From NCBI GenBank assembly GCA_000004985.1, contig GG738865.1: a DNA stretch of 64,000 nucleotides; one strand, written 5' to 3'. The notes under the pieces were generated by a model that searched no databases, was not told the DNA's origin, and saw only the letters and a program-made list of their open reading frames with translations. Source of the stretch: Naegleria gruberi. Taxonomy: Eukaryota. How positions within the stretch are numbered: the stretch's first letter is position 1; each line of letters begins with the position of its first letter. A program made the position numbers and the translations under genes. Below are positions 10,889-21,396 of this stretch, in pieces.

Positions 10889-11401
10889 CTAATCCTCCTC
10901 ATAGTTTACAATAAATCCAATATTTTCAAAACTAAAATCATTCTTGTATAAATGCACATTCCTCATGTGCTCGTCTCTCTCTTCACTTGTTCTGAATTTG
11001 GCATTACAAATGGATTTATCTTCAACCAAGCATTGATAACAATCCTTTTTGAGAGTCATCACACTAAAGAATGAATCATGCTTCTCCTCCAAATGTACTG
11101 ATAAGAGAAATGCACTCGGAAATACTCTACTACACTCTGTACAAACATGTTTATGGAGAGTTTCCAAATGATGTTCATATTCAAAATTATTTCCAACATA
11201 TTGTCCACATAATTCACAATTAAATCCTTCTTCCTGATAATTAATTTCCTCATCACTAAAATCTTCTTCCGATATTATTAAATTAGAATCATGAGCCATG
11301 ATGGTAGAATCAAGAAAAGAGGGTGGAATACTCCCACAAGAAAAGAATGAATCAATAGGAGAGATGATTCTTCTCAGTCGAGGGAAGGAACTCTCATTCA
11401 T
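10889..11401 (-). CDS. C2H2 zinc-finger protein, ZNF511-like.
   Basis: Three C2H2-type fingers: 'CELCGQYVGNNFEYEHHLETLHK', 'HVCTECSRVFPSAFLLSVHLEEKHD' and 'YQCLVEDKSICNAKFRTSEERDEHMRNVH'. The ATG was seen at about 11399. Confidence 0.55.
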   Translation of the reverse strand: MNESSFPRLRRIISPIDSFFSCGSIPPSFLDSTIMAHDSNLIISEEDFSDEEINYQEEGFNCELCGQYVGNNFEYEHHLETLHKHVCTECSRVFPSAFLLSVHLEEKHDSFFSVMTLKKDCYQCLVEDKSICNAKFRTSEERDEHMRNVHLYKNDFSFENIGFIVNYEED

Positions 11402-11764
11402 TTTTCATCTTGATTTTTTGTATTTGATTTAATTTTTAAATTTTAAATTTTAAATTTATGGTCATCTACAGTTTCATTCTGTAGATTTAGATGGTAATGA
11501 AATGATTTTTTAAAGAATGAGATTATTTTGTTAAGAGCACTATTTATTAGGCGAGGAAGAACTCTCTTGTTGATGGTTGATTTTTCTCCACGAGGGTAGA
11601 ATGGGTTAATGGATAAATCGTGTTTGATCCCTCACTTTCTGATGAGGGATCCATGTGTGGATGATAATAAGCCTATTCCAAATCGGTTTGTGTTCCCCGA
11701 AGGCAATAGATGATGTTTTTAAGAAGCTAGGAAGGTGGTTGACATTGTATCATCACAAACAATC

Positions 11765-12916
11765 TTACATGTTAATAGCCTCCAAAGATTGTGGTTGTTG
11801 TTTAAGAGAGTCAACAATAACAGCAGTAGAATTGGAGTTGGAGGACAATAATTGCTCCCATTCACTACAAATCTCATCAATACAAACAGGTCTCAATGGA
11901 AGAATACTACCCCACATGGATGGAGCACAGTTTGCTAATGTTGTTGTTTGATGCTGATCATTAATCATCAAATGATTACATACAGTAGAGTTGGACAATG
12001 AAGAGGAAGCAGATGGTGAAGCTATCGAATTGTTGCAAGATGAAGTAATACCCTCTCCGATTACCAAAGGTTTCAATACACCCGAAGAAGTGCTTGGTAT
12101 CACATGTTGTTGTGCTTGCTCCGAATTATTATTTACACTATTCGGAGTAGCGTGAGAAATCACAGAATTCTGTTGAGCAACAGATGCTTGTTCATGTTGT
12201 TGGAGTGTGCCACTATATCCATTGTCATTGTTATTGCTCATTAACAATTCTACTAAACTTGAAGTATTTTCGATAATGGTTGGTTTCTCAGCTACTAGTA
12301 CAGGTTGAGTTGTGGTAGATGGATTCGTGCTGAAAAAGTTATCATTTAAATTGGGAAATTCTTGATTAATAATATTAGGGGAGAGTGCAAATGATGGAAG
12401 TGTTGATGATTTAATCATCATGTTTGAATCCGAATCAAAGGAAACAATTGGGAATGAATTTGTAATTGTTCCACTACTCATTGATGTAAAAGGTGTTGTT
12501 GCTACCTCCATGTTATTGTTGCTGCTGCTGCAGATGCTTGCAGACTTTTTCCTCTTCTTACTACTAGTTGATTGAGATGTTGCAGAGGAATTGTTTGTTG
12601 TTGTCTTTCTCTTGTTTGTTATTGTTTGATGATTGACCTTATTGTAAATATTACCATTGAAACTACTCTCAAAGGAAGAACATGTACTTGCTGAGGTATC
12701 CATCATTCTCATCTCAAAGTAATTCTCTTTGAAACGCTTATTCTTATTGAATTTTCTCATTCTAAAACCTGGAGTATCTTGCAAGGTTTTATTTATGGAT
12801 GGAGATGTTGATGTCATATTATCTGCTACTTGATTGAGTTGACTAGTGGTGGTAGCATTACTAATTCCACAAGAAGGTGTTGATGAATTACTTGTTGGAT
12901 ATTCTGTTTGTTTCAT
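11765..12916 (-). CDS. Low-complexity N/S/T-rich protein of about 383 aa from its first ATG. Function unknown.
   Basis: The ORF track start at 12970 is a GTG, and the first ATG is at 12914-12916. Composition is dominated by S/N/T runs. The C-terminus contains 'CIDEICSEWEQLL'. Confidence 0.4.
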   Translation of the reverse strand: MKQTEYPTSNSSTPSCGISNATTTSQLNQVADNMTSTSPSINKTLQDTPGFRMRKFNKNKRFKENYFEMRMMDTSASTCSSFESSFNGNIYNKVNHQTITNKRKTTTNNSSATSQSTSSKKRKKSASICSSSNNNMEVATTPFTSMSSGTITNSFPIVSFDSDSNMMIKSSTLPSFALSPNIINQEFPNLNDNFFSTNPSTTTQPVLVAEKPTIIENTSSLVELLMSNNNDNGYSGTLQQHEQASVAQQNSVISHATPNSVNNNSEQAQQHVIPSTSSGVLKPLVIGEGITSSCNNSIASPSASSSLSNSTVCNHLMINDQHQTTTLANCAPSMWGSILPLRPVCIDEICSEWEQLLSSNSNSTAVIVDSLKQQPQSLEAINM

Positions 12917-13953
12917 GATTAGTTGTTGTTTTTTTGCAATTCGAAACAACAATGGAGGTGATTTGTTCACACATAATCATAATGATGAAGATATTGTTGT
13001 TTGGTTGTGATAATAACTTGGTGTCAGCATGCCAACAATGAAGTTAAACAGTGCGAAAGAGCATTCATTATTGATTAGTCGTATTTCTCACTCTTTATTG
13101 TTTGGCCTCTTACCGAATTGTTTGAGGTAAAACTTTACGCCTATTGCAGGACTTTTCGACGTTTTACAGTCATGCCCTACCGAAGGCCTCAACTAGAACT
13201 GACGTGAAATGACAGTAGCGTATTTTCATCTTGTTGGGGTATTATGCCAAACTTTTTAAAATGTGGACTTGTTGTCAAATATGGTCAGATGATGGATTTA
13301 GCTGGTGATGTTGATACGCGTTCTAACATTATATTGTTATTTAACTTATTTTATGTGTTGGACAAATTGTGGAGGGGTTACAGTTTTACTTGTTGTTTTT
13401 GCCAGTTTCGTTATTTCAAAGAATTCAACAATAATTAACTATATGTGCATGGAATTGAGATTCACAATAGTTAAATGCGCTTAGAATATATTTTGAAATC
13501 ATCTTGCTTTATTATCTCATGCATGATGAATGGTTTACTTGCAGTTTGTCTTAGTAAAAAGGAAGAACTTACAGGAACCGCTCGGGTTTTAATCTGTAAA
13601 AAGAAGGAATAAAACATGATGTGACATGTATTGACTGTTTATCAAATGACATTAACAAACTTAAATACAGTAATTATAATCAATAACCAAATGAATCTGG
13701 TGTTACTCTTTCCAGTTCTATCAAAACAGAAGGAATTAGGAACTTTAACAATAGATCAGTAAACAACATTGACAATTGTTTTTTTAATAAGGTAGCCACT
13801 TCCCTTCCAACCAAATCCAAACGTTAAAGATATCTTGTTAGCTTCACATTGATTTACAACGATTGTATGGTTATTAGAATAATATTTGAATTGAGGGAAA
13901 TAATTGTTTCAGTCCTCTCAAACAGCATCTGTTATAAGATTATAATCCAATGC

Positions 13954-15339
13954 TCACAATCCAACAATATTCACCTTCTTCTTCTTTTTCTTTGCCAACA
14001 TTTCTTGTTCTATTTCTTCTGAGGTTTTGTTCTTCTTTTTAGAGGTGGAGGATTTGGTTTTATCCTCAGTTGTGGTGGCCTGTTTGGCTATCTTATCATC
14101 TTTCTTTGGTGTAGGTGGTGGCACTACTTTTTGTTGTATATTCTCATTTGTGGCCTTAGTTTCATTATCATTGGATACGAATTTTTTCAATGCTTGATTG
14201 ACCTTAGCGAAATAGGGATGTTCTGGATTGGATTCTCTCAATTTTTCCTCAATTTTGGAAGAAATTTCAGCCCTTTGTTTACTTGTATAGAGTGCCATAC
14301 TTTCGAGAACTCCACTCGATCTAATGATGGCAGCCCTCACCTCTTGAATACCAAGCATATTTTCAGAACTGGTTGGAATAATGTATGGGAAACATGTTCT
14401 AAAGGCCTCTCCAGATTTCATAGCATCGTAGGTAACTTGCATCAATTCACACAAGTGTTCATGAGATACTTTATCACACTTGGTGAGAATTATTTGATAG
14501 GGAACTCCTGATTCCTCCAACATGTCCATAAATTCACAATCCTGTTCATAAATACCATATCTTGCATCCAATAATATGAAAACTCTTCTCAATACTGTAT
14601 TTTCTGTGCAGTATTGTCTCAGTACTGTATTCCAACCCTTGATTTTTTCCTTATTTCCTTCAGCGTATCCATATCCAGGTAAATCCACAACATAGAGCAT
14701 GTCATGCATATTGAAATAATTAATACGTTTCGTGTGACCTGGCGTCGATGACACTCTAGCCAATCTATCAGAATCCACAATAGAATTCAATAAACTCGAT
14801 TTTCCAACATTACTTCTTCCAGCAAATGCAATTTGTGGCATTTTCTCATTCGGTTCTGGAAATTCCTCAACTGTTCCACAAGTAAATTCCATCTTTGAGT
14901 GTTCCCTACTGAAAATATATTCAATATCAGAGTAGGTCACTGGAAGTTCTCCCTCAAGTTTTGTAGTAACAATATCAGGTGCCGAGTTGAGAATTATTGG
15001 TGGAGAAATGTAATCAGGTGCAGAAGGAACAGGTAATCCATTAAAGGTGTACTTGTACTTTTTCATTAGAGTTTTAGGATCAAAGGAAGAGACAATGGAT
15101 GTTGATTCTTCCATTTCATTTTCATCATCTATCAAAATATCATCATTATTTGATGATGAAAATTTATCATCGGAATAATATCGTTTTTGAATGGATGAAG
15201 TTGTAGTGTTGTTGAGAATGGAATTGATAACAAATTGTTGATTTGTAATTGTTTGAAAAACTTGTTGCTGTTTTGAATATTGATTGAAAAGATGCAATTG
15301 TTTTGATGATGACCCTATTCTACTAATTAATTTGTGCAT
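13954..15339 (-). CDS. EngB/YihA-family GTPase (GTPBP8-like), likely a mitochondrial ribosome-biogenesis GTPase. It has N- and C-terminal extensions.
   Basis: G1 'AFAGRSNVGKSSLLN', G2 'TPGHTKRINYF', G3 'VVDLPGYGYA' and G4 'ILTKCDKV' appear in EngB order and spacing. The ATG at 15337-15339 was verified. The tail is K-rich. Confidence 0.7.
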   Translation of the reverse strand: MHKLISRIGSSSKQLHLFNQYSKQQQVFQTITNQQFVINSILNNTTTSSIQKRYYSDDKFSSSNNDDILIDDENEMEESTSIVSSFDPKTLMKKYKYTFNGLPVPSAPDYISPPIILNSAPDIVTTKLEGELPVTYSDIEYIFSREHSKMEFTCGTVEEFPEPNEKMPQIAFAGRSNVGKSSLLNSIVDSDRLARVSSTPGHTKRINYFNMHDMLYVVDLPGYGYAEGNKEKIKGWNTVLRQYCTENTVLRRVFILLDARYGIYEQDCEFMDMLEESGVPYQIILTKCDKVSHEHLCELMQVTYDAMKSGEAFRTCFPYIIPTSSENMLGIQEVRAAIIRSSGVLESMALYTSKQRAEISSKIEEKLRESNPEHPYFAKVNQALKKFVSNDNETKATNENIQQKVVPPPTPKKDDKIAKQATTTEDKTKSSTSKKKNKTSEEIEQEMLAKKKKKKVNIVGL

Positions 15340-15417
15340 TTTTTTACTTTTAATTCAATTATTATTATTTTCATAATTTACTAAATATTTAGGAATAAAT
15401 TGAAAAAGATAATTATT

Positions 15418-16732
15418 TTACTTGGAAATCTTTGTAAAATCAGGGAATAAATTCAAATTCTTAAAGTATTTGATTTGTTCTTCAATAAGATCCTTGGTAA
15501 CCTTTGGATGTTCATAATTGAAGCCAGTATCCTTTTCAATCAATGATCCATCAACAGAGAGTGAGTTATTGTACAATAATTCCTTATCAATGTAAGGTGA
15601 AAGAGGAGTAAATTTGATTCCTGATTGTTTGATCATTTCACTCCAAGGATTCATGTGATTTTCGTTAGCAGTTTCAGCAGCACTCTTCATGTTCAATTTG
15701 GCTGCTTGTGAGAGAAGTGTTCCAAAGAATCCAGTTTCAATTCCGAAAATTTGTTCGAAAATTTCATTAATCTTCTTTTGATCTGTTTGATTCTTATCAC
15801 TCAAATTATAGACAAGAGTTCCAGTTGATTTGGTATTCATGTAGACATGCCAGAGAGCACGAGCAACATCTCTAACGTGAACAGTATTAATACACAAATC
15901 ACCACTCCACAAGAATTTCATCTTATCCTTGGTGAGAGTATAAGTACAGGCACAAGTAATACGTGGAGTAAGACCATTCAAATCAGCAGGTCCATAAATT
16001 ATTGATGGACGAAGAATGACCAATTTTTGAGAGAGTTCAGGTGAAAGCTTTTTCAATTCATCTTCAGCTTGAGCCTTGAACTTAGCTTGATTAGTCCATG
16101 GAGCAATCTTGTCAGTTTCTTTACTGGCCTTGCTACCAGAGTCATAGACTTGAGCAGTACTAACTTCAACATACTTTTCAATTGATGACAAGTAATTGAG
16201 AGCTTCCTTGGCACAGTTAATAGAAATGTCGAAAATCATTTGCTTGTAAGTGGCTTCTTCTTGTCCGTATCTGGTTTCAGCAGCCAAATTGACAACAAAT
16301 TGATATGGTCCAGTGGTATCTTCAAAAGCCTTTTTAATGTGAGTTGGATTAGACAAGTTAGCTTGTTTGAATTCAACAATTGGATTGTTTTCATAAATGT
16401 TGAGGAATTCTTCGGACAAGTAGGCTATTGTTGTTGTTTAAATTAATTTAATTATGAAATATATTATTGATGATGATGAATTTAAATTGATGATGAACAG
16501 ATGATGATGACAGTCGACGGTGATTCAAATGATTATTCATAAGCATCACCATTAAATATTAATAATAATTAATTAACAACAATAATATTCAAAACATACC
16601 AGTCTTTGGCAATTGCTTATCAGCAACTCTAATCTTACTAGCCAAATCTTTATCCACAAGGTATTTAACAAAATGTCTACCGACAAATCCAGTTCCTCCC
16701 AAAACGAGCACTCTTGGTTTAGCTGTTGGCAT
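15418..16732 (-). CDS. NAD(P)-binding epimerase/dehydratase-type SDR (extended family). Two exons, approximately complement(join(15418..16424,16600..16732)).
   Basis: Exon 1 'MPTAKPRVLVLGGTGFVGRHFVKYL...PKT' carries the Rossmann GxxGxxG. It ends at a GTATGT donor. The acceptor is a TAG followed by '...YLSEEFLNIYENN'. The 175-nt intron joins the two ORFs in frame, for a total of 1140 nt or 380 codons. The ORF-track 'M' at 16419 is a TTG. Confidence 0.6.
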
Positions 16733-17257
16733 TTTCTCTTTTATAGTACAATATTTAATAACAACACAACAATAATACAATTAATTATCAAAGTCTTCCG
16801 CGCTCACCCAAGAAAAAACCAAGAAAAAAATTCTTCTCTCTTTTTTATTAAAATTTGATGATGAAGAGAATGCTGCATTGTCTTTATGCTTGATGGCTGT
16901 TGTTGGTGATATGATGAATATCGAACCATGTACGCGATGACTTCGAATGTTCACCTGTGCTCGGATTTATGAGAGATTTGGTTTTTGACGAGTTTTGTGT
17001 GATTCGTTCAGTGCACTCTTAGGAAGGTTTGACTTGATTTGGAGCACCATTTGAATTGAAGATATTGAGAGCAGAGGATTAAGGGATTTTGATGAGATTG
17101 GTGTGCCATTGAGTGGATAATAGTGTAATTTATCATTGTATTGAAAATATTATGACCTACCATTGTTAATTTCAACACAGTTGATCTGACATCACCTGCC
17201 AAATGCAAGTTCATCTTTCTGACATTTCAAATTTACATCATTTTAAAAAAATTCACA

Positions 17258-17824
17258 ATGCAAATCAACGGCAAACTTGTTTTCACCCTCCTATTGGCTG
17301 TTGTATTGTTATTCTTCATTGCTGACTCTCAACAATCATGTAGTGGTCTTCCAACTTGTTCAACTCCTCGTGCTGGACACAAACCTTCTGTGAATGGTTG
17401 CGGACCTAGACATTCAAAGATCTTGAACTTGTTAGGAAATGTTCTTTTCAAAGCTTTTGAAGAATGTTGTAATGGTCATGGTATGTTTCTTCTTTCAAAA
17501 ATTATCGGATTGACCATTTTATTTTGTTTGGCATGTTTTAATTGACTATTTAATTTTGGAAAAGATGTTTGTTATGAAACATGTGGAGTTTCTAGATCAA
17601 CTTGTGATAGTCAACTTTATAGTTGCATGAAGCAAGTTTGTAAGAAACAATCAAGACTCAAGAGAGGTTGGTGTGAATTGAAAGCTAAGGGAATTAACAT
17701 GGGATTGAAACCTGATTTTGATGTGAATTGTAAGGCATTTGCTGGAGCTCAAAATAAGGCATGTGATTGCTCTGTTGCTGCACCAGCTTCCAATGATGAT
17801 GATGATCTTTCAGATGAGGAATAA
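17258..17824 (+). CDS. Group XII-type secretory phospholipase A2. Two exons, join(17258..17480,17565..17824), with a signal peptide.
   Basis: There is an N-terminal signal peptide 'MQINGKLVFTLLLAVVLLFFIA'. The catalytic motif 'CCNGH|DVCYETCG' is split by an 84-nt intron (GTATGT...AG). The D codon is reconstituted as g+at. Human PLA2G12A has 'CCNQHDRCYETCG'. Further Cys pairs lie downstream. Confidence 0.7.
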
Positions 17825-17924
17825 ATTGTATTTGCAACAAACTTTGAATTTGCTTTAAATTTTTGTGGAATATGGATTAATCTTGTTTATGGTTGACAAT
17901 TAACTAAATATGAATAAGAGAATT

Positions 17925-20900
17925 TTATTTGGATGTGAGAGAGGATGGTAGGTAGAATTTCAGAGAAGGAATGGTAACTGATGAATTATCAAGTAGGGAT
18001 CTTCCAGTAATTTGCAAGAGTACAAAATCGTCATCTGAATTGAAAGCATTGAAATTCACCCAAAGTTGGACCAATTTAGAGCTCATTCTCTGATTCAATG
18101 GAGATACAGTAGAGAATACAAATTGAAAATTGGAATAGATTGAGTAGGAATTGCCAGATGCATTGGAATCTTTCAATTCTATAGAAAGAGTTTCACATGA
18201 GTATTTTTCCTTCATCATGTCAACAATATCCTTAATTGTAAAGTCTTGTCTTTCATTTGCATTGTTAAGTTCTAAAAGATCCCATTCTGTTACAGAAATA
18301 GTTTCATTTCCTGTATTAAGGGAAAAGCTTTGTGTTCTCAAATGTAAGTATTTAAAAAAATCTGTTGAATACTTTCCACTACAATCTATTGAATAACTGG
18401 GGAATTGTTCACCTTTCATAGGAGATTCTTGTACAAGCTTTCCAATAATTGTTAAAAGTATTGTAACAATCAAACACATACCTTGTAATATTGTAAAGTT
18501 GCATATCCAGCAGTTATTGAATTACTAATTGAATTGCTAGGAGTCAATCCAACCACTCTCTTAATATAGTGTTTATCCACTATTGGTGGAATTTTATAGC
18601 ATTGAGCTCTAACTAGAGCACATGCTTGAACGAAATCCAAATGTAAATCATTGTAAGGATCAAAAGTAATGAATTCAATATTCAATTGGTTCAATATTGT
18701 TTCAATTTTTTCTTTCAATGTTTCTTCAGAAAGTTCAGAATCAATTTTTTTCATTCCCAAATCTTCTTCTTTCAAAACTTTGGCTAATATTTCTTTCAAT
18801 TCTTCCATATTTGGTAAATCAACTGAATAAACCTTGGATCTCAAAATAGCACTATATAGAACAAAATCCAAGTGAGAGGCATTGATAGCATTGAAAGGAA
18901 CAGGAACTGGTCTTCTCATTCTAGCCAAATATTCAGGTAAAGTGCCATTCCTCATGAATGGAGCAAAATATGTTTCTAATATTTCACTAATTCCCTTATC
19001 GAAATATTCATTGAATTTGACAACTGCCCATCTTATGCTATTTTCAAAATGGCAAGGATTGTATAGAACAATATCAGTGTACTTGTCTCTGAAATCACCA
19101 AATGGGCCTAAATGAATGAGTAAATTATCCTTATACATTTCTTTGAAAGGATAGTCAATTGAGAAATTTATCATATCCTTCATGGAGCCATAATAATTGA
19201 TTATTTGTGGATAGGATACTTCGTTACTCTCCCTAACATGCTTTCCACTCAAGTGTGGAATCATTAAAGTGACATTTCCTTTCATACATTCACTTGTGGC
19301 AAAAATTGCTCTTTTGGTAGAATTAATGACACGAGAAACAATTAAATCAGCAATTGGTTTTCCAGGAACTGTGCACGTATATCCACTATATTGATCCAAA
19401 TTATTCCAAGAAAATTGTTCCTCTTCTTCATTCACTGGTCTTGCTCTCGCATATTCTTCAACCATGTCAATTTTCATTTGAGGATTAATGTGATTTTTCA
19501 CGTAGTCTATTGCGAGCATGGACTTGATATTGGCAAACTTACTTATATCCTCCTCTATAATGAATGGATGTGTTATGAGATTTGGTAAGATGGCCTCCTT
19601 GGCATCGACAAGAGTTGTGGATGGAGCTTCTTCATGAGAACTGAGACCCATCAGGGCATAATTCTTCAAACATTCCCATCCTAATCCACCCATTCCAAAT
19701 ATTACCTCATTAGATTTCATTATTTTTGATTGTAATGTTTTACCAATCAAGTTAATTTGTTGTTGAAATCTTTTCATTTTGTGTGGAATGTTAACACAAT
19801 CTTCGTGAGTTGGAAGAGGACTTGGCAGGCAATCCCATGCATCTAAACATTCCCATTGATCAATTATTGGAAAGTAATACATACTCAAATTCTTGAGAAT
19901 TTCCATCACAATGAAAGCTCCCGTGATGCTTGTGAATGGAGCTGACCTTCCTTGACATGTGAAAGCAAGGGTTTTGCAAATTTCTTGATTGAAGAATTGG
20001 TTTGGAATTCTATCTTTTGCAAATTGCACAAATTCTAAAGCATCTTGCTCATGGTAAGGTTTTGGAATTTTTCCATTCTCCCTTTCGAATAGTTCAAGTT
20101 GAGTGAAAGCATGTCTCTTCTCTACCTTCGTCCTTGAATCCGAATCTTTAAATGTTGGATTATCCAACTCTTCTTTAAGTGATTTAAGCTTGTGAGATCT
20201 TATATCTAGACCAGTAACATTACATTTCATGAAATAAGCTGAGCCATCCCCCAATTCGAATTTTCCAAAATTAGTAGAATCCAAATCTACAACCACTCGA
20301 TTTCCAATCTTTGATTTGATTCTAACCGCCTTGTGTTCATTCAATTCCGTCATTCCCCTAACATTTCTAAAGACAATATTTTGATGAACATTCATTCCCT
20401 CTTCCTTATTAAATTCATCATCTAAAAGATCAATTTTTGTTGGGTTTCCATTGATGATATCCTTAATTGAACAACCTTCTTTGAAGCCAGGGTTCAGATC
20501 TTTGATTTTGTGTTCGCCCATATCATAGAATATTAAACATGATAAGCCCTTCATGTCGGATGCCACGAATTTAATATTATTATCGTGACAGGTTTGAGCC
20601 AAATCAATCAGTGATGAAAGAGAATGTTCAGTACAAATAATAAAATCAAACTCTTTCAAAAACTGCACATCACCTGCCAAGCTGTCAACTTGACCATCTT
20701 TCACATTAATTTGTGCAAATGGATTCAATCCATTCAACACAATCATTGCTCTCTCCGCTCTATTTCTTCCAATCACTTCTACCTCCTTCGAATCGGCAAC
20801 AATCGAATAAAAATCTGCCAAATCCTCATACGAAACCATCTTTGAATCCATCAGTGTTAATTGTTCAATTCCATTTTGGAGTAAATTCTTTGCCACTTCC

Positions 20901-21022
20901 AATCCAAGTCCTCCCATTCCACACACCAACACTCTACACTTATTGAAGGTTGTGATTTTATCCTCTGGCCACCACGTATGCACCAATGTATCATAGAATT
21001 GCTGTTTGGTTAGTGTCGACAT
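17925..21022 (-). CDS. Ubiquitin-like modifier-activating enzyme E1 (UBA1/UBA6-like). Two exons, approximately complement(join(17925..18437,18482..21022)).
   Basis: There are two ThiF/MoeB folds: 'VLVCGMGGLGLEVAKNLLQNG' and 'VIFGMGGLGWECLKNYALMG'. 'KGNVTLMIPHLS' and 'NPCHFENSIRWAVVKFNEYF' match UBA1 'KGNVQVVIPFLT' and '[27 protein letters not shown]'. The C-terminal UFD-like exon is joined through a 44-nt intron (AAG|GTATGT...AAAG|CTT). The true ATG is at 21020-21022. Confidence 0.65.
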
Positions 21023-21046
21023 TTTTTTTTCTTTTGAAAAGTCGCA

Positions 21047-21063
21047 CACTTTTGGCGGGAAGA
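21047..21063. promoter_or_regulatory. E2F-like site, TTTTGGCGGGAAG, about 30 nt upstream of the E1 gene ATG (minus-strand gene).
   Basis: 'cacttttggcgggaagatg'. Confidence 0.35.
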
Positions 21064-21396
21064 TGTTTAACATTGTTTTACAATCAAATTGCTTTATTCT
21101 CTGTTATTTATTAGTATTGAATATCAAAGGTGAAATAAAGAGAATAGAAGGGAGAATAAAGGCGCCTTCTCACTACAGCTTTGTCAAAAAAGCTTATTTG
21201 GAATGGATAAATGTAAAAAATTTGTGCTTGTGGTGTAATGCATACAATCAAATTGTAGTGGCTGTCTTTGTTTCACTTTTCATCATTATTAACATGTCAA
21301 ATTCACAATGATTAATGACATTTTGATCAAACAATTCTCATAAAAAAACTTTACAAAGGTTCAATTATTCGAGAATTTACAAAACTCAAAAAAAAA

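Noticed and set aside
13244-13438. ORF of 64 aa in the intergenic region
   Set aside because: It is short, has no homology, and sits in AT-rich spacer.
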